Made by a program: the position numbers and the translations under genes
Shown: one piece after another, positions 33,482-40,936 of the stretch
How positions within the stretch are numbered: position 1 is the stretch's first letter
How the letters are laid out: every line of letters starts with the position of its first letter
From: a virus
Length of the DNA stretch: 41,200 nucleotides
Virus record (IMG/VR): IMGVR_UViG_3300045598_000011
Strand: one strand, 5' to 3'
The notes under the pieces: generated by a model
What the model was told of the DNA's origin: nothing
The model's database searches: none
What the model saw: the letters and a program-made list of their open reading frames with translations, nothing else

Positions 33482-33657
33482 TGGCAACCACCGATGATAT
33501 GAAAAGCATTGCTGAAACGATTCGCAAGGCTCAGTATGGCAAAGATGTTCGGGAAGCTATCGCAAAAGGCTTTGAGCTGTTAGCTACAAAGCAAGACAAA
33601 GTCGATGGCTTTCTGGATTCATATGGCCTTGATGAAGACACTTTGAATGAACGATGA
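33481..33657 (+). CDS. Small structural protein (58 aa) carrying the tail-fibre N-terminal motif IRKAQYGKDVREAIAKG
   Basis: The ATG overlaps the Tal stop (TAATG). Below the ORF-track cutoff. Confidence 0.55.
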   Translation: MATTDDMKSIAETIRKAQYGKDVREAIAKGFELLATKQDKVDGFLDSYGLDEDTLNER

Positions 33658-33671
33658 AAGAAGGTGAATGA

Positions 33672-35033
33672 ATGGCATTACGAGAGAAGGCACGGCTAAC
33701 GCTTGATCTAACACGTTATCAAGACCAAATCCTTGATATTAGCGGTTATTTCAAAGGCCGTGTAGGCGACACGGACGACTATCTGCCGGTATATATCACT
33801 AGCAACGCACTGCCTGTTGATATGCGGGGCTGGAAGTATGAATACGGCGGTGTTGACAATCAAGGGTATGCTCACAAGCATATCTATCCCGTTGAAGCTA
33901 ACGATCGCAACGATCAAATCGCATTGGGACGGGTAACGTTGCACTTTGACGAGCGCACTTTTAACGTGCCTGGACACTGGCAACAATTCTTCATTCGGTT
34001 CATTGGCCGTGATGGTCAGACGGTATCAACCGTTGACATGGATTTTGATGTTATCGATGATCAGTTTTTCGCACACGTTGGAGACGCTGGCCGAGATTAT
34101 ATCGAAGAATTCGAACAAATTCTCAAACAAGTAACCGATGAAGGGAACACGATTAAGGGCAAACTTGATCAGGCGGGCGAAACGTACAGTCAGGAATTCA
34201 GCGAATGGTTGGCTAAGTACAAGCAATCGTTGAACGACGCAATGGCAGAAGTGAACGACCCTAAGAATGGGTTGTACGTTCGCTATAATCAACTGCTGGA
34301 GATGACGCAACAAATCCAAGAAACGCTGAAACAAGCTCAGTTCCACGATCGAGCATGGCAATTCAGCGATGTCCCGACCATGCAAAGTTATGCTGCATTA
34401 GCTGCGAACGACCTTGCAATCACAAAAGGTTGGGATAACTACGATGACGGGCATGGCGCTGTTTGGCAAATCCGTGTTAAGCACAAGGACGAAACCCCAG
34501 ACGGTACCAACGTCATTGCACTGTCTAACGGCATGGTTGCTGAGCGTAACGCAAGTATGGTAACGGCTGATAGTCTGGAAGACTTGCTTTACGGGTACGA
34601 AATCACAATCGTGCACAATCAAGCTGATTATCCAGAACCAAAAGTTATGTATTACGAATACGCAATCGGCACTGAACCAAACGGGCTTGGGAGTGGTCCG
34701 AGCGGTTTTGGCCAAACTAACACAAAGCTAGTTCCGTGCATGGCTACGTATCCAGACGCCAACACGATTAAGGTTCGACTACCGCGTAATTTCTACCTAG
34801 ATGACGCGCCGAATTTTGAATCGAGCGCTGGTGCTTGGTATGTTCACGATGGCTACAAAACTATTAAGGTTAGTTTGGGCAACGTTAACGCGCAACTTGC
34901 ATTGACTGGCGAAGGCAAAGGCAAGAGCGCACTTGCGGGCGGTTCTGGCTATTTCAGTAAGCCAACAAGCCCTAGCGATCTGCGAGCAATCTATATTGAT
35001 GAGCACACGCAACGGCTAGAATGGCGTAACTAA
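33672..35033 (+). CDS. Baseplate upper protein (BppU-like) ending in the first two strands of an FN3 domain
   Basis: N-terminus ARLTLDLTRYQDQILDISGYFKGRVGDTDDYLPVYITSN is BppU_N-like. C-terminus PTSPSDLRAIYIDEHTQRLEWRN looks like FN3 strands A-B. Confidence 0.65.
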   Translation: MALREKARLTLDLTRYQDQILDISGYFKGRVGDTDDYLPVYITSNALPVDMRGWKYEYGGVDNQGYAHKHIYPVEANDRNDQIALGRVTLHFDERTFNVPGHWQQFFIRFIGRDGQTVSTVDMDFDVIDDQFFAHVGDAGRDYIEEFEQILKQVTDEGNTIKGKLDQAGETYSQEFSEWLAKYKQSLNDAMAEVNDPKNGLYVRYNQLLEMTQQIQETLKQAQFHDRAWQFSDVPTMQSYAALAANDLAITKGWDNYDDGHGAVWQIRVKHKDETPDGTNVIALSNGMVAERNASMVTADSLEDLLYGYEITIVHNQADYPEPKVMYYEYAIGTEPNGLGSGPSGFGQTNTKLVPCMATYPDANTIKVRLPRNFYLDDAPNFESSAGAWYVHDGYKTIKVSLGNVNAQLALTGEGKGKSALAGGSGYFSKPTSPSDLRAIYIDEHTQRLEWRN

Positions 35034-35054
35034 ACTAAGGGGGTATAGTTTAAG

Positions 35055-35564
35055 TTGAAGTATTATATCTATCAAGGTGTAGGTGAAAGCGGGGAACTAA
35101 CAAAGATTGCGGAAGTTACCGATCAGAAAACCTACACGGTAACGGGGTTGCAAGCGAAAACGACCTATCGTTTTGCAGTAAGTAGTTACAACGGACTGCG
35201 CGAAAGCGCCAAGTCTAACATTGTAACGGTAACTACCAGTCAAATCCCAGTACAATCAATCACGATTGCAATTGATAAGACCGCACTTGAAGTCGGCGGT
35301 ACTGCTAAGGCTAGCGTTACGGTAACGCCCGCCAATGAAACGGACGGGAACTACACGCTGACCAGTACCACGCCAACGGTTGCAACGGTTGATCAGTCTG
35401 GCAATATCAAGGCGGTTGCGCCTGGTACGACCACGATTAAGGCAACCATTGGCACTAAGACGTCAAACGTGGTAACGATCACGGTCTATGAAGCACTGGT
35501 CAACGTATCTAACCTTACGTCAAGCAACGTAACAACTAACAGCGTTGGTTTGAGCTGGACTTAA
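35055..35564 (+). CDS. Baseplate/fibre protein: FN3 strands C-G, a Big_2 domain, then FN3 strands A-B
   Basis: TTG start. YYIYQG...TYTVTGLQAKTTYRFAVSSYNGLRES is the FN3 C-terminal part. ITIAIDKTALEVGGTAKASVTVTP...GTTTIKATIG is Big_2. It ends NLTSSNVTTNSVGLSWT. Confidence 0.65.
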   Translation: MKYYIYQGVGESGELTKIAEVTDQKTYTVTGLQAKTTYRFAVSSYNGLRESAKSNIVTVTTSQIPVQSITIAIDKTALEVGGTAKASVTVTPANETDGNYTLTSTTPTVATVDQSGNIKAVAPGTTTIKATIGTKTSNVVTITVYEALVNVSNLTSSNVTTNSVGLSWT

Positions 35565-35579
35565 AAAGCAGGTGATGTC

Positions 35580-36032
35580 ATGCAGTATCGAGTACGCAAC
35601 GGCACCGCTTTAATCGCAACTACAAGTAGTAAGAGTTATACGGTAACGGGTTTATCGCCTAACACGGCATATACCTTAAGTGTAACGGCTTATAACGGCT
35701 TGCGAGAAAGCGAAGCAAAAAGTATCAGCGTACTGACACGAGGCATTCGCATTCGTGTTCCTACGACTTTAACAGTCGGTTCAACTGCCAATGTAACCTA
35801 TCTGGAGTATCCACTTGGTATCGTACCAATCGGCACTGAGCCTAGCGGTTTCTTTGGCGGTGGCAATCGACAAACGTTGCCGGTTAAAGTTGTCAGTGTA
35901 TCTAACGGCATTAGCACGTTAGAAATCACGAGTAAATTTAGCAACTTTTCCGACAACCAACTAATGCGAAGATTAGATGATGGTAGCTTTGGCGCATTTG
36001 ATGGCGTCAAGGCTATTTATTTTAAAAATTAA
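35580..36032 (+). CDS. Baseplate/fibre protein: FN3 strands C-G plus a C-terminal domain
   Basis: RBS AGGTGA. QYRVRNG...SYTVTGLSPNTAYTLSVTAYNGLRESE. In the same frame as the two preceding ORFs. Confidence 0.65.
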   Translation: MQYRVRNGTALIATTSSKSYTVTGLSPNTAYTLSVTAYNGLRESEAKSISVLTRGIRIRVPTTLTVGSTANVTYLEYPLGIVPIGTEPSGFFGGGNRQTLPVKVVSVSNGISTLEITSKFSNFSDNQLMRRLDDGSFGAFDGVKAIYFKN

Positions 36033-36043
36033 GAGGTGAAAAA

Positions 36044-36487
36044 ATGGACCTTACTAAAATTTTTAGCAACATGGACAAAGGGCCTGAAGCTATCCAAGCC
36101 AACTTTGAAAAGCTAAAGAGCACGTTCAAAGCAACGTATCTTTCTGGTTCTAATATGACTAACGTCAATGGTACGAACCAGAAAGATGTCAACTTCTGCT
36201 GGCGGTTAGATTTCGACAACGTTTCGCTGCTGTTTGTTAACTTGTGGATTAACGATTTCACGGGTAACGAAGCTTGGAAAAGCTATAAGAATGTGGCGAT
36301 GCCCAAATCATTCCTTAATGGAGCTACAAAAATCATAACTATTCCAGAACAGAAAACTCAAGATAATGGAGCAATCGTTAACTGGACGTTAGATACTAAT
36401 GGCCAGTTGTCAGTTGCTACACGTGGTACCGCAATCGGTGAACATGTCGGGATTGGGTTCGTCGGCATGTTTCTTTTGTTCCAATAA
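36044..36487 (+). CDS. Hypothetical tail/baseplate-associated protein
   Basis: 147 aa, RBS AGAGGTGA. Assigned from position only. Confidence 0.55.
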   Translation: MDLTKIFSNMDKGPEAIQANFEKLKSTFKATYLSGSNMTNVNGTNQKDVNFCWRLDFDNVSLLFVNLWINDFTGNEAWKSYKNVAMPKSFLNGATKIITIPEQKTQDNGAIVNWTLDTNGQLSVATRGTAIGEHVGIGFVGMFLLFQ

Positions 36488-36503
36488 TTGGAGGTGATTA
36501 TTA

Positions 36504-36872
36504 ATGGCAAAAAAGATTTATTTTTTCGAACCGACTAACAAGAACGCATTTAGCTACTTTGACATCATCGAAGATGACGCACAAGTTCCTGCAAACGCAA
36601 CGACTGTCGCACCATTTGACAACGAAGGCAAGCCGTTGCTTAACCCTACCTGGAACGGTTCGGCTTGGAGCGGTGTAGACGAAGAAACTTGGCGCAAGAG
36701 TTTGCCAGAAGTTCCACACGAAGAAACCAAGGCAGAACCAAACTCTGATGATAAAACTATCAGCATGCTTACTGCTCAACTGCTGCAGACGCAAATGACG
36801 GTCAAGCAGCAGGGCACGCAAATTGCCAGTCTGACCAGTGCATTATTGGCAAACGCAAAGGGAACTAACTAA
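36504..36872 (+). CDS. Hypothetical protein (XkdW-like position)
   Basis: 122 aa, RBS GGAGGTGA. Directly precedes the XkdX-like gene. Confidence 0.55.
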   Translation: MAKKIYFFEPTNKNAFSYFDIIEDDAQVPANATTVAPFDNEGKPLLNPTWNGSAWSGVDEETWRKSLPEVPHEETKAEPNSDDKTISMLTAQLLQTQMTVKQQGTQIASLTSALLANAKGTN

Positions 36873-36889
36873 GAAACGAGGTAAAAACT

Positions 36890-37024
36890 ATGTATTCTAT
36901 TTTTAAGATGTACTACCCAATGGGCCTGTTCACGGTACAACAATGCAAGGACGCGGTTTATGTCGGTTGGCTGACCGCTGATCAGTACAAGGAAATCACC
37001 GGACAAGATTACGTAGCTGCGTAA
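36890..37024 (+). CDS. xkdX: XkdX-family small protein (44 aa)
   Basis: MYSIFKMYYPMGLFTVQQCKDAVYVGWLTADQYKEITGQDYVAA matches the XkdX pattern (...IT..QYKEITG). Below the ORF-track cutoff. Confidence 0.7.
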   Translation: MYSIFKMYYPMGLFTVQQCKDAVYVGWLTADQYKEITGQDYVAA

Positions 37025-37091
37025 TCTTTTTTATTTGTCGCCTACGAAATAAACAGTATTGCATAGCAAGGCGGCAGTTAGGAGTTGGGAA

Positions 37092-37544
37092 TTGAGTATC
37101 ATTAAGCAACTTGCCGACGGCGGTCCAGCTATGCCATATCATATGCAGTATATGGAACACTTGCATATGCTAGTCGATAACAAAATCGTGTGGCTGTTCG
37201 TCTGGATTGTCGTTGCTGACATTATCACGGGCTTTTTGAAGTCTTTAGTAACAAAGAAAACAAGCAGTCGTAAAGGCACTGATGGCTTGATTCGGCACGG
37301 AGTATTATTGCTGATTATTATCACGCTGTACCCTATGCTTGACATCAACGGCTTTCGAAGCGCCGGCGACACGCTGATTATTTTCTACGTACTTTTCTAT
37401 GCTGTTTCAATCATTGAAAATTTGGGGCAAATGGGCGTACCAGTTCCCGATTTTGTCAAGCAGTATATCTACAAACTAAGTGATGAGTATGTTCACGAAG
37501 ACAATAACAAGGAGGTCAAAAATGGCACGCGAAATCATGATTGA
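37092..37544 (+). CDS. Holin (Holin_4_1 / phi-LC3-like)
   Basis: Hydrophobic helices IVWLFVWIVVADIITGFL, GVLLLIIITLYPML and LIIFYVLFYAVSIIENL. TTG 37092 follows TAGGAG. Alternative Met starts at 37131, 37143 and 37152 could give a dual-start holin. Confidence 0.8.
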   Translation: MSIIKQLADGGPAMPYHMQYMEHLHMLVDNKIVWLFVWIVVADIITGFLKSLVTKKTSSRKGTDGLIRHGVLLLIIITLYPMLDINGFRSAGDTLIIFYVLFYAVSIIENLGQMGVPVPDFVKQYIYKLSDEYVHEDNNKEVKNGTRNHD

Positions 37545-38457
37545 TCTGGCTAGCTATCAAGCTAACCTGACCGCTAACGATTACCGCGCAATTGGCGCTA
37601 CTAAGGCAATCGTTAAAGTTACGGAAAGCACTAACTATGTCAATCCTTATATTCAGAGTGAAGTGAACAACGCTGCTGCGGGCGGTGTTAACGGCTTTGC
37701 GTTCTATCATTTCGGACGTTTCACCAATGACGCCGGAGCGAAGGCGGAGGCCGAGTTTTTCATCGCCAACGCTAAGGCAAAGGCTAATGTTAAACCTGGC
37801 ACGCTGTTAGTCCTTGACGCTGAAATCAACAACATGCCAACGTCAAGCGTGATTGTGTTCCTTGACACGTTGCGTAATGCCGGTTATCACACTGGTTTTT
37901 ACACGTACAAGTATCTGCTACCTAAGTTTGATCTGGAAGCAATCCACCAGCACTGCGATTTCTTCTGGTTAGCTGCATACGTACTAGCAAACGGTAAGGC
38001 AGACGGCAAAGAGCCTAACTTTAACTACTTCCCAAGCGCCAACTATGTTGATGCATGGCAGTACACCGATAACCTGTTAGGCTACAAGGTTGACGGGTCT
38101 ATCACGCTGACTGACAATGCTTTGGCACTGTTTAACCCAACCGAAGTTAAGCAACCGGAACAGCCTGCACAACCGGCTAACAAGCCCGCTGAAACGGTCT
38201 GGAAGGACGCACTGGGCGATGAGTGGCACGCTGAAAACGGCACGTTCACGAGTACAACGGCACTTCATCTGCGGTGGGGTGCTAAAGTAACCGCAACGTC
38301 AATCGCGGTCTTGCCTTCTGGTAGCTTGATTAAGTATGACGCATGGAGCCGTCATAACGGGTTCGTTTGGCTGCGTCAACCACGTGGCAACGGTCAGTAT
38401 GGCTATCTAGTATGCCGAAACGCTAACACTGGTGAGCCTTACGGCACTTTCAAATAA
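37522..38457 (+). CDS. Endolysin: GH25 muramidase plus a C-terminal SH3b-like wall-binding domain
   Basis: MAREIMIDLASYQ..., a Pro/Gln linker KQPEQPAQPANKPAE, then SH3b-like ...LHLRWGAKVTATSIAVLPSGSLIKYDAWSRHNGFVWLRQ. RBS AAGGAGG. Confidence 0.9.
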   Translation: MAREIMIDLASYQANLTANDYRAIGATKAIVKVTESTNYVNPYIQSEVNNAAAGGVNGFAFYHFGRFTNDAGAKAEAEFFIANAKAKANVKPGTLLVLDAEINNMPTSSVIVFLDTLRNAGYHTGFYTYKYLLPKFDLEAIHQHCDFFWLAAYVLANGKADGKEPNFNYFPSANYVDAWQYTDNLLGYKVDGSITLTDNALALFNPTEVKQPEQPAQPANKPAETVWKDALGDEWHAENGTFTSTTALHLRWGAKVTATSIAVLPSGSLIKYDAWSRHNGFVWLRQPRGNGQYGYLVCRNANTGEPYGTFK

Positions 38458-38462
38458 CGATT

Positions 38463-38493
38463 AGACCTAGCTTAACGGCTAGGTCTTTTTTTA
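38463..38493 (+). terminator. Terminator AGACCTAGC-ttaacg-GCTAGGTCT plus TTTTTTT
   Basis: Perfect 9-bp stem read directly. Confidence 0.85.
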
Positions 38494-38514
38494 GTACCAA
38501 AGGGAGCATATATA

Positions 38515-39576
38515 ATGGAACAATTAATTTTTTATCCACGTGTCATCAAAGTCGATGACACAGACCGCACTATTAACGTCATAGCGCTTGTTAATGATGA
38601 ACGGCTAGAATTTACCGATGACATGACTTACACGCTGAAACTGGGCAATCAGAGCGGTTATATTAAGGATATAGCTTTAACCCAACCGGCATTTAGCAGT
38701 CAGAAACTTAAAGGCTTGCCGTCTGATATGTATACCGCCGAGCTTTGGGTTACGAATGGCGACAAAACAAGAATCTATCCTAACAAAGATAAGGGCTATC
38801 TGGGATTGCAAGCTAATATAACGGCAATGGTTGGCGAAGTGCTGCCAACACTAACAGTTAGCGAAATCAAAGCTGAAATCGAATCTAAGTTGAAAAACGT
38901 GGGTAGCGGTGGCACTGGTGAAAAAGGAAATGACGGCAAAAGCGCATATCAAATCTGGCTTGATGCGGGCAACAAGGGTACGCAACAAGACTTTCTGAAT
39001 AGCTTGAAAGTTAAAGGCGATCCCGGCAGTAACGGAAACGATGGCAAGAGTGCATATCAAATCTGGCTTGATGCGGGCAACAGCGGAACAGAGCAAGACT
39101 TTATCAACAGTCTTAAGGCGCCGAGTGTCGCACCTTCAAAACGTGCTGCGACAAGCCTTTTTGTTGATATGAACGATTCAAAAAATATCATAGGTCGGTT
39201 CGACAATGGCTGTTGGGTTGAAATGCGGACAATGGCAAGCTGGGTCCCGTTGTATGCAACTGGTTCAGCTGGCTATGGTAGTGTAACTTTACAATCGTTT
39301 GTGCACGATCAATGCTGGTGTAACGTTCTATCCTATATCAACGGTTTTATGACCGTAAGCGCAATGCAAAAAGCTACACCAGCGCAGTTCGAGTTGTGGA
39401 AGTCCTGCGTGGTGCATGAACCATATGCTGATGTTGATCAGTACGATTGGAGCGCTTGCCGTATCACGTCAACCGGTAGCGATGTCGGCGAAGTCGATTT
39501 TGCAAAAATGATGTTTGCGGTCGGCTTGTTCAGCGAAAAAACGATCTTATCTTTGGGTGCAGTTAAAAAATCATAG
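38515..39576 (+). CDS. Post-lysis accessory protein with a duplicated fibre-type motif GNDGKSAYQIWLDAGNxGTxQDFxNSLK
   Basis: 353 aa, RBS AAGGGAG, its own terminators on both sides. Cys/Trp-rich C-terminal domain. Confidence 0.7.
   Translation: MEQLIFYPRVIKVDDTDRTINVIALVNDERLEFTDDMTYTLKLGNQSGYIKDIALTQPAFSSQKLKGLPSDMYTAELWVTNGDKTRIYPNKDKGYLGLQANITAMVGEVLPTLTVSEIKAEIESKLKNVGSGGTGEKGNDGKSAYQIWLDAGNKGTQQDFLNSLKVKGDPGSNGNDGKSAYQIWLDAGNSGTEQDFINSLKAPSVAPSKRAATSLFVDMNDSKNIIGRFDNGCWVEMRTMASWVPLYATGSAGYGSVTLQSFVHDQCWCNVLSYINGFMTVSAMQKATPAQFELWKSCVVHEPYADVDQYDWSACRITSTGSDVGEVDFAKMMFAVGLFSEKTILSLGAVKKS
38926..39130. repeat. Tandem duplication with a 108-bp period inside 38515-39576
   Basis: CATATCAAATCTGGCTTGATGCGGGCAACA occurs from 38945 and again from 39053. 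The flanks have diverged. Confidence 0.85.
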
Positions 39577-39582
39577 TGTTTA

Positions 39583-39607
39583 GTCCTAGCTACGGCTAGG
39601 GCTTTTT
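39583..39607 (+). terminator. Terminator GTCCTAGC-tacg-GCTAGGGC plus TTTTT
   Basis: Read directly (one G-U pair). Confidence 0.8.
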
Positions 39608-39622
39608 CTTTTTGCTTTCTTT

Positions 39623-39651
39623 TTGACAGTGCGTATAAACATTGATATATA
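39623..39651 (+). promoter_or_regulatory. Near-consensus promoter TTGACA-17 nt-TATATA with an extended TGn
   Basis: TTGACA is at 39623-39628, TG at 39643-39644 and TATATA at 39646-39651. Confidence 0.65.
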
Positions 39652-40018
39652 GGCATTTTTAACCGTTAGATTCTTTTTGTTTTCTTTTGCCCAAAGCACG
39701 CAAAAAAGCGCTCAAAGGAAGATATCCAATCAGACATTACGTTTTGGCTTGGAGTTGCGAGTTTCCTAGTCAGCCTGTGTGGTACTTTCTTTAAGCGCTA
39801 AGCGGAAGATAGGGTGAGAGCTAAAGCTCAAACCCTTATTTCCGTATATCATAACATACGGAGGGTTAAAAGTTGAAGCTGCGAAAATTTGGGGGCTTAA
39901 TGAAAGTTACGTTAAAACGAGCTTACGGCAAAGCAAACAAAAATGGCCTGAAGGTTCTTATCGGAAATTTGGGCATACTTTGGTAGTAACAACTGCGGGA
40001 ATGGAAGCTGTAACTGGC

Positions 40019-40037
40019 ATTAAAGATCCACGTAAAA
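40019..40037. repeat. 19-bp perfect direct repeat ATTAAAGATCCACGTAAAA, copy 1
   Basis: Identical to 40910-40928. Lies 4 nt upstream of the -35 of the 40042 promoter. Confidence 0.9.
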
Positions 40038-40041
40038 TACG

Positions 40042-40071
40042 TTGACATTTATTAATGACGTAAGCTAAAAT
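40042..40071 (+). promoter_or_regulatory. Promoter TTGACA-18 nt-TAAAAT
   Basis: TTGACA is at 40042-40047 and TAAAAT at 40066-40071. Confidence 0.6.
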
Positions 40072-40152
40072 GAAATGGCAGGTAGAAGTACGCTGTATAC
40101 TCGTGGAAATCGAATTAACGTTTAAGCGGCATCTAATGTCGTCGATCACGAG

Positions 40153-40177
40153 GACCGCCTTTGGGGCGGTTTTTTTA
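40153..40177 (+). terminator. Intrinsic terminator (G)ACCGCC-tttgg-GGCGGT plus a T-run, about 5 nt upstream of the DUF3800-like gene RBS
   Basis: Read directly. The ORF-track TTG start at 40161 lies inside this hairpin. Confidence 0.8.
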
Positions 40178-40193
40178 TTATGAGGTGTCTAAC

Positions 40194-40889
40194 GTGGATA
40201 TATACGTTTACTCAGATGAATCTGGGGTATTTGACAAAGATAATAATGATTTCTTTGTTTATGGTGGTTTGATGTTCTTATCTAAAAACGATCATGAAAA
40301 TTGGAAAAGAAAATACCTAAACGCAGAGCGAACTATCAGAAAAATTGAACGATTGCCCAAAAAAGTAGAAGTAAAGGCAACAGCTATTTCAAATAGTTCA
40401 AAAGGTAAGCTTTATAGATCATTAAATCATACTGAAAAATTCGGCGTTGTTGTTCATGAGAAAAAGGTTCATCCTAAAATATATACTGATAAAAAGTCGA
40501 AGCAAAGATATCTTGATTATGTTTATAAAATAGGCGTGAAAAGAAAATTTGAAAATTTGATTTCGAGAGGCTTAATTATTCCTGAAGAAGTTGAAAATAT
40601 CTATTTCTTCGTTGATGAGCACAATACTGCTACTAATGGTATTTATGAGCTTCAAGAAGGATTAGAACAGGAATTTAAAAAGGGTACGTATAATTATAAT
40701 TGGCAGAAGTACTTTCCACCAATTTTCCCATCTGTATGTAGTGTGCGAGTTAATTATTGCAATTCTGAAAAAAAGACGCTTATTCGTTCAGCGGATATCA
40801 TTGCTAATAGATTACGCTTTTACGCAACACAAAATAACTTGTATACCTTTAACAAAAAAACTGAAATAAATGTTGTTTGCCAACCATAG
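40194..40889 (+). CDS. DUF3800-like protein
   Basis: GTG start 6 nt after GAGGTG. The N-terminus (M)DIYVYSDESGVF and the late ...LIRSADIIANRL fit the DUF3800 DESG and xxAD motifs as I recall them. 231 aa. Confidence 0.6.
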   Translation: MDIYVYSDESGVFDKDNNDFFVYGGLMFLSKNDHENWKRKYLNAERTIRKIERLPKKVEVKATAISNSSKGKLYRSLNHTEKFGVVVHEKKVHPKIYTDKKSKQRYLDYVYKIGVKRKFENLISRGLIIPEEVENIYFFVDEHNTATNGIYELQEGLEQEFKKGTYNYNWQKYFPPIFPSVCSVRVNYCNSEKKTLIRSADIIANRLRFYATQNNLYTFNKKTEINVVCQP

Positions 40890-40909
40890 AAAATATTCAA
40901 CTATGGATA

Positions 40910-40928
40910 ATTAAAGATCCACGTAAAA
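40910..40928. repeat. 19-bp perfect direct repeat ATTAAAGATCCACGTAAAA, copy 2
   Basis: Identical to 40019-40037. Lies between the DUF3800-like stop and the terminator. Confidence 0.9.
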
Positions 40929-40936
40929 AATAAAGC

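Larger units (their letters stand above)
39658..40177 (+). ncRNA. Candidate ~0.5-kb non-coding or leader transcript upstream of the DUF3800-like gene
   Basis: No plus-strand ORF longer than 37 codons. Hairpins read directly: AGGGT/ACCCT enclosing GAGC-taaa-GCTC (39811-39836), and TCCGTAT/ATACGGA (39841-39862). Ends at the 40153-40177 terminator. Confidence 0.35.

Noticed and set aside
35031-35564. Stop-codon reassignment (alternative genetic code) or a simple frameshift as the explanation for the split FN3 genes
   Set aside because: Both other frames contain stops across junction 1. TAA and TAG function as genuine stops for most genes in the window, and no suppressor tRNA is present.
38926-39130. 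Diversity-generating retroelement (template/variable repeat pair) in the post-lysis gene or the FN3 repeats
   Set aside because: No reverse transcriptase gene is present in the genome. The differences between repeat copies are not restricted to adenine positions.
39873-39986. 37-codon basic mini-ORF (TTG start after GGAGGG) as a confident gene
   Set aside because: The RBS is good, but the ORF is too short and has a non-ATG start with no recognisable family. It is kept only as a hypothesis within the ncRNA/DUF3800 finding.
39958-40149. Minus-strand ORF (63 aa) upstream of the DUF3800-like gene
   Set aside because: It has no RBS and a Cys/Thr/Ile-rich atypical composition. It lies antisense to a region with two plus-strand promoters and a plus-strand terminator.
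40161-40193. ORF-track start (TTG 40161) for the DUF3800-like gene
   Set aside because: The first 11 codons would be encoded by the terminator hairpin and its T-run. GTG 40194 has a GAGGTG RBS at ideal spacing and yields the family-typical N-terminus.
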